Assembly (NCBI GenBank): GCA_024636785.1
Contig: JAGXGK010000015.1
Span: forward strand, 136,900 to 200,899
Direction of reading: 5' to 3'
Length of the DNA: 64,000 nucleotides
Origin: Gammaproteobacteria bacterium
Lineage (GTDB): Bacteria; Pseudomonadota; Gammaproteobacteria; SZUA-229
The first letter of the stretch is position 1. Each line of letters begins with the position of its first letter. The position numbers were made by a program, and so were the translations under genes. Below are positions 10,358 to 20,458 of the stretch, piece by piece. Under the pieces are notes generated by a model that was given only the letters and a program-made list of their open reading frames with translations, was not told the origin of the DNA and searched no databases.

Positions 10358-10718
10358 CTTTTTCAACCTTCTTCGCGAGCAGTCGTCGGCTTGCCAGCAT
10401 GATCGCTGCCGTCGCCGCCATGGTGATCACCGTGCTCAGTATCAGCGCAATGCTGATGGGCAGCCATTCATTAATAATGCGGTCGAAGTGCACCATCATG
10501 CCGACACCGGCCGGTACAAAAAGCAGGGAGAGATGACTCAATAACGCAGTGGATGCTGAGTCCAGTGAGGTGCTGGAGCGTCCTCGCCATACCAGCGTGA
10601 TAAAAAGCATGATCATGCCCAGTACCGGGCCGGGCACAGGAATGCGCAGCAAAAGCACGCTGATTTCGCCCGCTAACTGGTAAATTAAAAGTAGGGTTAT
10701 GCCATTAAGAAAATTCAT
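10350..10718 (-). CDS. CidA/LrgA family holin-like protein
   Basis: MNFLNGITLLLIYQLAGE...PGPVLGM...LSLLFVPAGVG; true start taken at ATG 10718. Confidence 0.9.
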   Translation of the reverse strand: MNFLNGITLLLIYQLAGEISVLLLRIPVPGPVLGMIMLFITLVWRGRSSTSLDSASTALLSHLSLLFVPAGVGMMVHFDRIINEWLPISIALILSTVITMAATAAIMLASRRLLAKKVEKDD

Positions 10719-10728
10719 CCCTGAAAAA

Positions 10729-11220
10729 TTATTCCCATTTAAACTCGGCCAGCATTTTAACATTGTCGTGATATTTAAGCTGCACGCCGGTGAGGAACTT
10801 GCGCAAAATCTGATCCTTGCAGGCGCGGTAATGTTTGTGACCGGCCTTGCGGAACAGCGCACTTAATTCAGGCTTGCTTAAGGGGAATTCAGCCAGATCC
10901 ATAATATCCAGAATGTCTTCGTCTTTAAGGTCTAAAGCGATTTTTAATTTCCTCATAATGATGTTGTTGGTCAGGCGTTTTTCAGGTTCAGGTTGAGGGC
11001 CGTCTTTTTTGCCGCGCTTCTCGTTAATGAAGCCATTGAGAAAAATGGCCAGATGAAGATCATTGCATTTCTGAAAGGCAGGGTCGTCTTCCTTCTTCAG
11101 CCAGTCGCTAATCTGAGCACGGGTCACTTCATGCCCGGCTTGCTTGAATATGTCTATCATTTTCGAATCACTGAGCTCGAAGCTGTAGCGAAGACGACGC
11201 AAAATATCGTTGTTGGTCAT
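10729..11220 (-). CDS. DUF1456 (YehS) family protein
   Basis: MTNNDILRRLRY, FLNGFI.EKRG, NNIIMRKLKIAL, CKDQILRKFL.G. Confidence 0.88.
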   Translation of the reverse strand: MTNNDILRRLRYSFELSDSKMIDIFKQAGHEVTRAQISDWLKKEDDPAFQKCNDLHLAIFLNGFINEKRGKKDGPQPEPEKRLTNNIIMRKLKIALDLKDEDILDIMDLAEFPLSKPELSALFRKAGHKHYRACKDQILRKFLTGVQLKYHDNVKMLAEFKWE

Positions 11221-11271
11221 GGTTGGCCTTTAGTTAAATTCTAATTGAGGTGTGAGTGTTGCAGTAAGTCA

Positions 11272-11745
11272 TTAGCGCATGTAGGCATAGCCTTCTTCGT
11301 TATGAAGTTTAATGATTTCAGCATCGGCCATGGGAACCATGTTTACAAAGCCGTGTATGTCTGCCGGACTAAACCCCTGCATTTTTGCAGAAGCCTGACA
11401 CATTCTGTATTCGATTCGGGTGGCAAGTTTCAGGTCTTGTGCGCGTTGCATCAAAGCTTTGTGTTTTTCGAACTGGGTTTTAGCGAAAAACGGGATTGCT
11501 GAGCCATGTATTATAATGACAATAGATGCGTCAAACGGGTCGTTGTTATAAAGTTTATTTAGAAGGCTGGCTCGGTCTAAAATACTGTTTATCTTTTTCT
11601 CATTCCCCGCAGTCAAGTTATACAAAACTTTTTGCGGTGCATAGTTCATCGTCGAGGCCTCGGCACTTCCCCAGGGAGAGTTCTCTTGAGCGATGGCTAA
11701 TGAGCAGACGTTTATAATAATCAGCAGGCTAACAAAAAATTTCAT
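11272..11745 (-). CDS. exported DsrE-family protein
   Basis: Signal peptide, KVLYNL, IVIIIHG, MCQAS single mature Cys, C-terminal GYAYMR. Confidence 0.72.
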   Translation of the reverse strand: MKFFVSLLIIINVCSLAIAQENSPWGSAEASTMNYAPQKVLYNLTAGNEKKINSILDRASLLNKLYNNDPFDASIVIIIHGSAIPFFAKTQFEKHKALMQRAQDLKLATRIEYRMCQASAKMQGFSPADIHGFVNMVPMADAEIIKLHNEEGYAYMR

Positions 11746-12049
11746 AAGTTATAATTCCGCTGGATCTGGTATAAGTAATCGCACAGTATACCGATCGGGA
11801 TGTTGAAGGGGGTTATTTTGGGGATTCGGGTTATTGCCGAAATATTAACAGATTTTTTGCGTTTTTTCTGAGCGGCCTTCAACTGGATTAAAAAAACCGG
11901 CATCGGCCGCTTCTTTTTAAGGCATTAGCCGGGCGATTGGGCAAAAGTAGATGCAATGCATTAGAATGTATTGCATTCACCGGCTGATCACACTGAAAAA
12001 TCAGCCGGTACAAATTGAATATCAATAATCGCGTATTTGGAGCAGGGCT

Positions 12050-12922
12050 ATGAGAATGATTCGTCGTTTTTTTGTATATGTGGCGTCAATTTTGGCCATT
12101 CTAATCATCACTTATGGCTATGTTTACTGGGGTAATCTGCTGGGTGAGAACACCCCCGCAGGTCAGGTGATTGCCTGGCTGTCGGGCGAAGAGACGAAAT
12201 CACTGGAGTTTCTCACCGAACCGAAAGACTCCAGACCCAGGCAAGATGCAGAAACGATGCCCGAAAGTGTGCTCAACGGCGATCAGGTTGAAGCTCAAAT
12301 CGAAGCCGAGTCTGTTATCGATGTGCAAGATAGCGCCGAGCCTGCCGTGGATGATGCCGGCGTTGCCACGCAGGCCGATACCGGTCGTGTAGTGATACCG
12401 GCTGAAACCCGTCCCGAGAAAGAAACTGAAAGCACAGAAAGTTCGATTTCTGAAATCGTGCCGACTGAGGAAGCGCCGTTTGAAACAGCACCGATTAAGG
12501 CAGCATCACCTGACACAACAGTCACCGAATTGCCCGCCGCCGATGATGGGGATCTGACAGAGGCAAAAATCGATACCACCGAAGCCCGCGGACAGCCATT
12601 AAACGGCATGGCCATACACGATTTAATGCTGCGCGCCCGCAACGCTTTTCACTACCGCGACTACGATGCGGCCATCGCCAGTTATCAGCAGTTGATCGAG
12701 CGAGCACCCGATCACTTTGACGCCTACATTGAGCTGGGTGATGTCTATTCTTATCAAGGTAAGGAGAAGCAGGCCGCGGCAGCCTATTTCGAGGCCGCTG
12801 CAATTCTGGTGCGACTGGGTCAGGTTAATCGCGCCACCGCGTTAATGGATCCGATAAGCCGGATGGATACCGACCGTGCCAGAACGCTGCTTGATCTGAT
12901 TGACGCAGCCCGTGGCAAATAG
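12050..12922 (+). CDS. membrane-anchored TPR protein with acidic linker
   Basis: N-terminal TM helix, Glu/Asp/Pro-rich linker, TPR helices (YDAAIASYQQLIERAPDHFDAYIELGDVY). Confidence 0.75.
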   Translation: MRMIRRFFVYVASILAILIITYGYVYWGNLLGENTPAGQVIAWLSGEETKSLEFLTEPKDSRPRQDAETMPESVLNGDQVEAQIEAESVIDVQDSAEPAVDDAGVATQADTGRVVIPAETRPEKETESTESSISEIVPTEEAPFETAPIKAASPDTTVTELPAADDGDLTEAKIDTTEARGQPLNGMAIHDLMLRARNAFHYRDYDAAIASYQQLIERAPDHFDAYIELGDVYSYQGKEKQAAAAYFEAAAILVRLGQVNRATALMDPISRMDTDRARTLLDLIDAARGK

Positions 12923-12938
12923 CCCGGCGCAAAGCCGG

Positions 12939-13799
12939 TCAGGGCTGGTAGACGCCGAGGCGCTGCCCCAGTTTTACTTCATTGCCGGCGCTCATGGCTT
13001 CGTCCAGTTTGAATTTTTCTGTTGCCAGCACGATCACCGTTGAACCCAGATTGAAGCGCCCCATCTCCTGGCCGCGTTCCAGACAAACTTCGCCTTTTTT
13101 GTAATCAAAGTGACGGATCTTTTTGGCGATGCTGGTGACCAGTCCGTGCCAAACGGTTTCGGTGGCAGAGACATTAATCGCCCCCACCAGAATCATCGCC
13201 ATCGGGCCGTGTTCGGTCTCGAAAAAACAGGCGACGCGTTCATTGCGGGCGAATAATCGGGGCACTGTGGTCACGGTGTGGTCAGCCACGCTGAACAGTC
13301 GCCCCGGAATGTAGGTCATGTGGGTGAGTTCGCCACCGATCGGCATGTGAATGCGGTGATAATCCCGGGGCGAAAGATAGATGGTGGCGAAGTTGCCGTT
13401 GACAAAAGGCGCGGCTAGCTCTTCATTGCCACCGACCAGTTCTAGCAGGCTGTAGTCGTGGCCCTTGGCCTGAAACAGACGGCCGTTTTCTATTTTGGTC
13501 GCCTGGCTCACCGCGCCATCCACTGGACATAACCAGGAGTTTTCAGTGTCGTCGAAAGGCCGGCATTCAGGTTTCAGGGCGCGGGTGAAAAAAGCGTTGA
13601 GACTTTCATAAGCGTGCCTGTCTTCAATTACCGCTTCGTGCATTTTGACCTCGTGCAGTGACGAGTAGGCGCTGATAATAAAGTTTTTTACCGGCGTGTA
13701 CTTGATGCGCGCCAGCTTGAACATCAGCCATGAAATGGCGTGATGCGGTAAAATATAAAAAGGCGTGGATAGCAGGTAGTCCCGCAAAGAAGCTTTCAT
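12939..13799 (-). CDS. psd: phosphatidylserine decarboxylase proenzyme
   Basis: FFTRALK, PVDG, YLSPRDYHRIHMP, RNER, FNLGST cleavage motif. Confidence 0.95.
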   Translation of the reverse strand: MKASLRDYLLSTPFYILPHHAISWLMFKLARIKYTPVKNFIISAYSSLHEVKMHEAVIEDRHAYESLNAFFTRALKPECRPFDDTENSWLCPVDGAVSQATKIENGRLFQAKGHDYSLLELVGGNEELAAPFVNGNFATIYLSPRDYHRIHMPIGGELTHMTYIPGRLFSVADHTVTTVPRLFARNERVACFFETEHGPMAMILVGAINVSATETVWHGLVTSIAKKIRHFDYKKGEVCLERGQEMGRFNLGSTVIVLATEKFKLDEAMSAGNEVKLGQRLGVYQP

Positions 13800-13800
13800 C

Positions 13801-14280
13801 TTAATGGTGCATGTGTTTGCTATGATCGGTGTTCTGTGAGTCCTGTGTGCCCTGTTTTTTCACCGGCACAGTAAGTTTAATAGTCTCACCATTTTCCAGG
13901 GTGAAATCAAAATTAACCTGATCACCGCCTGTTAATTTTTTCACCGGTTCGAATAACATGATGTGATGGCTGCCCGCTTCCAGCACCAGCTTGCCGTTAG
14001 CCGGTATGATTAATGCGTCACTGTGCTGCATGGTCGCCATCTCGCCTTTCTGTTGAGTCTGATGAAAGGTAATGCGTTTGAAGCTCCCGGAGCTGGCGGA
14101 GACGATTTTTGCTACTTCATCCCCGCTGTTTTTGATTTCCATGTAGGCAACCAGAACCTTGCTTCTAGGCGGTGCTTCAGCGATCCACGCGCCCTCAAAT
14201 TCAAGGTTTGAAGCAGCGCCGGCACTCTGGCTGAAAAAGAATAGTGAAAATAGCAGCGATAAAAATGGAAATGTTTTCAT
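13801..14280 (-). CDS. periplasmic copper chaperone PCu(A)C
   Basis: Signal peptide, AWIAEAPP, AYMEI.N, H..(x)..M.M, HIMLF; His-rich tail; start taken at ATG 14280. Confidence 0.85.
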   Translation of the reverse strand: MKTFPFLSLLFSLFFFSQSAGAASNLEFEGAWIAEAPPRSKVLVAYMEIKNSGDEVAKIVSASSGSFKRITFHQTQQKGEMATMQHSDALIIPANGKLVLEAGSHHIMLFEPVKKLTGGDQVNFDFTLENGETIKLTVPVKKQGTQDSQNTDHSKHMHH

Positions 14281-14526
14281 TGATTGAGCCCTCATTATAA
14301 AGTAGCGGATTATAGGCGTTGCCCCACTAACAAGGAAGTACTGCGTATCCTGATCCATGCAGCGGGTTTTGTGCAGACGGATTCGGCAACGGCTAAAATG
14401 CCGTGAAGTTATATCCGGTGCTGAATGGCCCGTGCACATCAGGATGATTTTAAGGCGCATAGAGTGGTAACATCCGGTGTAACTTGAGCGCCAGCTCACA
14501 CTAATAATCGCAGAGATCTAGTCAAC

Positions 14527-15633
14527 ATGTCTGGCAATACTATCGGAAAACTGTTCACCGTCACCACCAGTGGCGAATCTCATGGTCCGGCTCTGCTGGG
14601 TATTGTCGACGGCTGTCCGCCGGGGCTGGAAATTTCTGAGGCCGATCTACAGCTGGAGCTGGATCGCCGCAAACCCGGTACCTCACGCCACACCACGCAG
14701 CGCCGTGAGCCGGATGCGGTGAAAATCCTCTCCGGCGTGTTCGAAGGCAAAACCACCGGTTGCAGCATCGGCCTGATGATCGAAAACGTCGACCAGCGCT
14801 CCAAAGATTACGGCAATATCATGAACACCTTTCGACCCGGTCACGCCGATTACACCTATCAGCAGAAATACGGTTTCCGCGATTATCGCGGCGGTGGCCG
14901 TTCCTCGGCGCGCGAAACCGCGATGCGCGTAGCCGCCGGTGCCATCGCCAAAAAATACCTGAAAGACCGCTTCGGCATCAATATTTACGGCTATCTCTCC
15001 CAGCTGGGGCCAATTGAAATCGAGCATATTGATCTTACCGAGGTGCGCAACAACCCCTTCTTCTGCCCCGATGCCGGCAAGGTCGAAGCCATGGAAGCCT
15101 ATATGGATGCCCTGCGCAAAGAGGGCAACTCGGTCGGTGCCAAAATCACCACTATTGCCGAAGGCGTGCCGCCGGGCCTGGGCGAGCCGGTATTCGATCG
15201 CCTCGACGCTGACATCGCCCAATCGATGATGGGCATCAACGCTGCCAAAGGCGTGGAGATCGGCGACGGTTTCGCCTGTGTTGCCGCCAAGGGCACCGAC
15301 TTCCGCGATGAGATCACTCCCGAAGGTTTTCTCAGCAATCACATGGGCGGCGTGCTGGGCGGTATTTCATCGGGTCAGGATATTGTCGTGCACACCGCCT
15401 TCAAGCCGACTTCGAGCATGCGCCTGCCGGGGCGCTCAGTGGATATCCACGGTGAGCCTGCTGAAGTGGTCACCAAGGGTCGGCACGATCCCTGCGTCGG
15501 CATCCGCGCCACTCCCATCTGTGAAGCCATGCTGGCAATCACGCTGCTCGATCACATGCTGCGCTTCAGGGCGCAGTGCGCTGATGTGCAGTCGCCGACA
15601 CCGGTGATTCCCGCCAGCGCCGAACAGGGGTGA
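14527..15633 (+). CDS. aroC: chorismate synthase
   Basis: [39 protein letters not shown]. Confidence 0.98.
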   Translation: MSGNTIGKLFTVTTSGESHGPALLGIVDGCPPGLEISEADLQLELDRRKPGTSRHTTQRREPDAVKILSGVFEGKTTGCSIGLMIENVDQRSKDYGNIMNTFRPGHADYTYQQKYGFRDYRGGGRSSARETAMRVAAGAIAKKYLKDRFGINIYGYLSQLGPIEIEHIDLTEVRNNPFFCPDAGKVEAMEAYMDALRKEGNSVGAKITTIAEGVPPGLGEPVFDRLDADIAQSMMGINAAKGVEIGDGFACVAAKGTDFRDEITPEGFLSNHMGGVLGGISSGQDIVVHTAFKPTSSMRLPGRSVDIHGEPAEVVTKGRHDPCVGIRATPICEAMLAITLLDHMLRFRAQCADVQSPTPVIPASAEQG

Positions 15634-15754
15634 GGGCTGTTTCGGTGACAGCGACGGTCCGCAAAAATAGCGTATCCTGCCGATGCGTTTCACGGCATCC
15701 GTTTTATTCACCCGGGCTGTTTTCTCACCCCGTTTTTTAAACGCTGTACCCACA

Positions 15755-16918
15755 ATGAATGATCAACGCGCCAGCCTGAGCCTTGTTCCTTATTGGCGGC
15801 TCAGCAGCTTCTATTTTTTCTATTTCGCCTCGCTCGGCGCAATAGTGCCTTACTGGAGCCTGTACCTGAAAGCGCAGGGTTTTGGTGCCCAGGAAATCGG
15901 CACACTCATCGCTTTCATTCCCGCCACGAAAATTTTCGCGCCCTACATCTGGGGCTGGGTGGCCGACCATACTCAGCGTCCTATCACTATCATTCGCATA
16001 GCCAACCTGCTCGCCGTACTGGCGTTTATCGGCGTGTTTTTTGGCAACAGCTACTGGTGGCTGGCGCTGGTCATGTTCATGTTCAGTTTCTTCTGGAACT
16101 CCTCACTGCCGCAATTCGAAGCCACTACCCTGAATCACCTCAATAAAGAGATACACCGTTATAGCAACATCCGGCTCTGGGGTTCACTGGGTTTTATTTT
16201 TATAGTGGTCGGGCTCGGCGAGTTTTTTCAAAGTCAGAGCATCGGCGGCTTACCGTTTTTTATTCTAGCCTTGCTGGTGGCCATATTTCTGGTCAGCCTG
16301 ACAGTGCCCGATTGCTTGCAGGTAGAACACGAAGAGCAGGGCCACATCATGAACGTGGTACGTCGACCTGTGGTGCTGGCGTTTCTGGCGATATGTTTTT
16401 TAATGGTGCTTAGCCACGGCCCCTATTACACCTTCTACAGTATCTACCTCGAAGACCACGGCTACAGCCGCCGATTCATCGGCCTCTTCTGGGCCGTCGG
16501 TGTCATCGCCGAAGTGGGCATCTTTCTGCTCATGCATCGTATCATTCCTCTGCTGGGCGTACGTTTGTTATTGCTCATCACCTTCGCACTCACCGCCCTA
16601 CGCTGGCTGCTCATCGGCTACTTTCCGGACAACAGCACCATCCTGTTCATCGCGCAGTTATTCCACGCCTTTAGTTTTGGAATGTTTCATGCAGTGGGAA
16701 TTTTACTGGTGCATCAATTTTTTAAAGGCAAACATCAGGGCAGGGGACAGGCGTTATACGCCAGCCTGAGTTTTGGCGTCGGCGGCGCAGCAGGCAGTTT
16801 GCTTAGCGGTTTATTGTGGGATCGAATGGATCATTCGAGTTTGTTTGCGCTGGCGGCACTGGCGGCATTGTTAGCGTGGGGGATAGTCTGGAAGTTTATG
16901 CGAATAAGTCTCAAATAG
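15755..16918 (+). CDS. MFS transporter (MFS_1_like)
   Basis: ~12 TM segments; FYFFYFASLG...PYWSLYL, YSNIRLWGSLGF, GVIAEV; typical aroC neighbour. Confidence 0.88.
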   Translation: MNDQRASLSLVPYWRLSSFYFFYFASLGAIVPYWSLYLKAQGFGAQEIGTLIAFIPATKIFAPYIWGWVADHTQRPITIIRIANLLAVLAFIGVFFGNSYWWLALVMFMFSFFWNSSLPQFEATTLNHLNKEIHRYSNIRLWGSLGFIFIVVGLGEFFQSQSIGGLPFFILALLVAIFLVSLTVPDCLQVEHEEQGHIMNVVRRPVVLAFLAICFLMVLSHGPYYTFYSIYLEDHGYSRRFIGLFWAVGVIAEVGIFLLMHRIIPLLGVRLLLLITFALTALRWLLIGYFPDNSTILFIAQLFHAFSFGMFHAVGILLVHQFFKGKHQGRGQALYASLSFGVGGAAGSLLSGLLWDRMDHSSLFALAALAALLAWGIVWKFMRISLK

Positions 16919-17040
16919 ATTAAAAACGCGGTGCATCTCTGTCATAATCGCGCAGGTCGCTCACCAGTAATCAAACTGTTCTAATAAAAATGGCAATGGC
17001 GGTTAAAGCTTTTTAATTTATTTCCGCAGGAATCTATTTC

Positions 17041-18369
17041 ATGAAAACACTGACCGCACCCGATCATCCTAGCCTCTGGCAGGCTATGCAATACTGGTTC
17101 AAACTGGGCTTCATTAGTTTCGGCGGACCCGCCGGACAAATTTCAATCATGCATCAGGAACTGGTGGAAAAACGCCGCTGGATTTCCGAACGCCGCTTTC
17201 TGCATGCGCTGAATTACTGTATGTTATTGCCCGGCCCCGAGGCCATCCAGCTGGCTATCTATATCAGCTGGCTCATGCACGGCGTCATCGGCGCCATCAT
17301 CGCCGGCGTATTATTTTTTCTACCCGCATTTATTCTGTTATCACTGCTGGCTGTCATTTATCTCACCTGGGGCGACGTCACTTTAGTGCAGGGCATTTTT
17401 TACGGCATTAAACCGGCCGTGGTGGCAGTGGTGTTATTTGCCGCCTGGCGCATTGGCTCACGTGCACTCAAAAATAAAATTCTGTGGACTATGGCGGCGC
17501 TCGCCTTTGTTGGTATTTTTGTTTTTGATATCAGCTTCCCCTGGATTGTGCTGGCCGCAGCCATACTGGGTGCAGCGGGCGGCAAGTGGCTGCCGGAAAA
17601 ATTCAAAACCGGTGGCGGTCACGGCAGCAGCGACAAAGACTACGGCCCGGCAATCATCGACGATGATTCACCCGTGCCGGCACATGCGCGTTTTTCCCTT
17701 AAAAAACTGGCGGCAAAGATAATTTTGTTCAGCCTGATCTGGCTTGTCGCCATGTACGTTGTTAGCGCTGAACCTACGCTGTTGAAGATGGGCGAATTTT
17801 TCACCAAAGCCGCCTTCCTGACCATCGGCGGTGCCTACGCCGTTCTGCCCTACGTATATCAGGGTGCCGTCGAAAATTACCAATGGCTGACCGGCCCGCA
17901 AATGATCGACGGCCTCGCCTTAGGTGAAACCACGCCCGGTCCACTCATCATGATCGTGACCTGGGTCGGTTATCTCGGTGCGGTTTCAAAAGAAATATTC
18001 GCTAACACGTTTGTCGCCGGACTGGCCGGTGCAGCTGTCGCCACTTTCTTTACTTTTCTGCCTTCATTTTTATTTATCCTCACCGGCGGCCCCATGGTCG
18101 AAGCCACTCGCAACGAACTGAAATTCACCGCTCCCCTAACGGGTATCACCGCCGCCGTAGTTGGCGTTATTGTCAACCTGGCCGTATTTTTTGCATGGCA
18201 CACCTTCTGGCCCAGCGCTACCATCAGTAAACCTTTTTCAGGCTCATTTGAATGGTTGCCAGTAATAGTTGCCATCGCCAGTTTCATTGCTCTATGGAAA
18301 TACAAAATCGATATCATGAAAGTGATAGGTGTATGTGCTTTGATTGGTCTGGTTTATGCGTATCAGTAG
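17041..18369 (+). CDS. chrA: chromate efflux transporter (long-chain CHR)
   Basis: SFGGPAGQI, LPGPEA.QL, TIGGAYAVL, GETTPGPLI; two homologous halves. Confidence 0.92.
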   Translation: MKTLTAPDHPSLWQAMQYWFKLGFISFGGPAGQISIMHQELVEKRRWISERRFLHALNYCMLLPGPEAIQLAIYISWLMHGVIGAIIAGVLFFLPAFILLSLLAVIYLTWGDVTLVQGIFYGIKPAVVAVVLFAAWRIGSRALKNKILWTMAALAFVGIFVFDISFPWIVLAAAILGAAGGKWLPEKFKTGGGHGSSDKDYGPAIIDDDSPVPAHARFSLKKLAAKIILFSLIWLVAMYVVSAEPTLLKMGEFFTKAAFLTIGGAYAVLPYVYQGAVENYQWLTGPQMIDGLALGETTPGPLIMIVTWVGYLGAVSKEIFANTFVAGLAGAAVATFFTFLPSFLFILTGGPMVEATRNELKFTAPLTGITAAVVGVIVNLAVFFAWHTFWPSATISKPFSGSFEWLPVIVAIASFIALWKYKIDIMKVIGVCALIGLVYAYQ

Positions 18370-18424
18370 AAATTAAGTTGGGCGGTTTTTTTATCGGCCA
18401 GGCGCGACAAATTCGACAGGCACG

Positions 18425-18590
18425 GTGGTGCACGGAAGTACTGATGATAAACCTAAGGATGGAATGAATTTGAATAGCCGATTTTAGGCTAGCCCCATCG
18501 GGGCAAATACCATGGAAGGTATTTGTAATATTAAACAGCCGTTTTATGGCTGGCCTGCAGGGCAAAACACAGGGAAGTATTTTGTAATCC
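18425..18590 (+). ncRNA. candidate CsrB/Rsm-type RNA or CsrA-binding leader (multiple GGA hairpins)
   Basis: gtgCACGGAAGtac, cctAAGGATgg, caaatacCATGGAAGgtatttg, caaaacaCAGGGAAGtattttg; two ~60-nt related units. Confidence 0.5.
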
Positions 18591-18892
18591 CGCTCGCTGA
18601 TCTTAATTCGCCGTCATTAGTTAAGTCTCCAGCCAATAATCAGGCCTGCTCACCTGATATTTATTTACTCGGATAGGCTCAGTGGCCGCACACGCTTCGT
18701 TGATTTTCGTTGAAAGTGGGTTTTCATTTACTATAACTAACTGAAATATCAGTGGATTATTTTTATCCTGAAAGCGTACGAATTTTGACGAACAAATTAC
18801 TGGCAATCACTGGTCATCCTTATTAACTTGGTCTCTGCTACAGAAACGAACATTTAGCTGGTTATTAAATAAAAAAATATGGAGTAAATGAG

Positions 18893-20329
18893 ATGAACAA
18901 AAATGATACAAAATGTGCCACCGGTTCCTGTCTTGGGCGTTGGGTAAAGAAAACGCTTTATGGCAGTGCCCTGGTGGGTCTGGCCATGACCATGGCTTCA
19001 CCTGTCGCAATGGCGGATGACAAGAAAGGTTTCCAGACTTTTACCCCCTATAATCGTGTGGCCAAGTTGCCGGTAGTGTTGAACGCCGACCGTAAAACTG
19101 ACTACGTTGCCACCTATAACAAGGCAAAAGCGGCATCACTGGCGCTGGCCAATTACGTGGCGCGTTACCATGATGAAGAAGTGCTCGGTGCAGATGTTAT
19201 CAAGGGCGATGACTGGGTACTCGGCGGCACCTCGCTGGCCTGCCGTAAGGCCCGCACCTGTACTGATGAAGAAATTTCCGGTGCCATTCTGGGTATTCCG
19301 GCACCGGAGCCGATCGACCCGGCGCTGCCATTGTCGAAAGCCAACACCAAAAAAGCCAACGTAATGGATTTCTGCAACGAGCATTACGCCAAGCAGGCTT
19401 TGGGCGTGTCACCGATTGTGGGCGACAAGAAAGTTGTGAACGGTTATTCACACACTTCGGCGCTGCCCTGTGAAGTCTCCATCTGGAATGATGGCGACTA
19501 TATCTATGTGGATATGCTCGATCCCAATGCGATTTTCAGTCTGTTCTTCACCGACGTGCTGTTCAGTGATGACATGAATGACCCGGCTTTCGCCGAAGCC
19601 ATTTCTGCGCTGCCGCCACAGGTAAAATCTGAAATCCGCGCCATCGTCCAGCACGCCATGGTCGAGTTCGATCCCAAGGCCGAGCCCATGAACAAGCCCC
19701 TGGGGCCCAAGTACAAGAAAATGGACGAGGTGGTCAGCGTGGTGGCTATGTCACCGGAACAATCCCCCTACAAGCACGTGAGCTACACCCGTGTTGATGG
19801 TGGTGTGTTTACCGCTGCCGATTCCTCAGGCGTCACCCAGGCTATCATCAACACGATGAGTATCCATGGTACGGCTGATGAAGGTGTTCACTCAACGGTG
19901 ATCGAAGACGACGGGTCCACTCTGGACAGCATTCTCAGCCCCAAATCGAGCTGGCGTTCGGCGCGTGCCACACCGCTGACGCTGCCAGGCAAAAACCATA
20001 TCGTCGAGGCCTGCTCACCGAAGTACGCCAAGATGGCGATGAGCACCGGCCTGCACCACGTCACCGCACTGCCCTGTGAAATCACGGTGCAGATTCTCGA
20101 CAGAGACGGTGATGGCAGCAAGGAAACTCTGGTAGTCAGCTACCTGGATCCACACTTTATGCTGGGTGCTCTGTTCGCGGATATTTCCGCGGAAGACCAG
20201 GTTGCTTTCGCAGACATTCCAGGCAACATCTTGGATGATCTGCAGAAGATTGTAGCTGCGGCATTGGAGTTCAATTCAGGTATTGCTCTGAACGAAGGTG
20301 TGCAGATTAGTTACAACATGCTGCCCTGA
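18893..20329 (+). CDS. exported protein with two DUF302-like domains
   Basis: Signal peptide ending AMA; repeated motif FCNEHYAKQAL...HTSALPCEVSI...MLDP and ACSPKYAKMAM...HVTALPCEITV...YLDP. Confidence 0.65.
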   Translation: MNKNDTKCATGSCLGRWVKKTLYGSALVGLAMTMASPVAMADDKKGFQTFTPYNRVAKLPVVLNADRKTDYVATYNKAKAASLALANYVARYHDEEVLGADVIKGDDWVLGGTSLACRKARTCTDEEISGAILGIPAPEPIDPALPLSKANTKKANVMDFCNEHYAKQALGVSPIVGDKKVVNGYSHTSALPCEVSIWNDGDYIYVDMLDPNAIFSLFFTDVLFSDDMNDPAFAEAISALPPQVKSEIRAIVQHAMVEFDPKAEPMNKPLGPKYKKMDEVVSVVAMSPEQSPYKHVSYTRVDGGVFTAADSSGVTQAIINTMSIHGTADEGVHSTVIEDDGSTLDSILSPKSSWRSARATPLTLPGKNHIVEACSPKYAKMAMSTGLHHVTALPCEITVQILDRDGDGSKETLVVSYLDPHFMLGALFADISAEDQVAFADIPGNILDDLQKIVAAALEFNSGIALNEGVQISYNMLP

Positions 20330-20400
20330 TAAGCGTGATGAGTGAGTAAAACGCCTCCTGGTGAGTCCGTGGTGAGTTCGGTATGTAGTAAGTATTGCCG

Positions 20401-20436
20401 ACCTCCATGCCACGGATTTACCCAGGAGGTTTTTTT
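20401..20436 (+). terminator. possible intrinsic terminator
   Basis: ACCTCC...GGAGGT stem followed by T-run; loop is long. Confidence 0.4.
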
Positions 20437-20458
20437 GGATGAACAGGCTGGATCAACA

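Noticed and set aside
10719-10862. N-terminal extension of the CidA ORF overlapping DUF1456 (possible fusion or frameshift)
   Set aside because: CidA homology starts at ATG 10718 with its own RBS; the extension is an alternate frame of the upstream gene
18500-18590. c-di-GMP-I (GEMM) riboswitch suggested by GGCAAA starts
   Set aside because: Lacks the GNRA-capped P2 and the GACGCAAAGC junction; loops carry ANGGA instead
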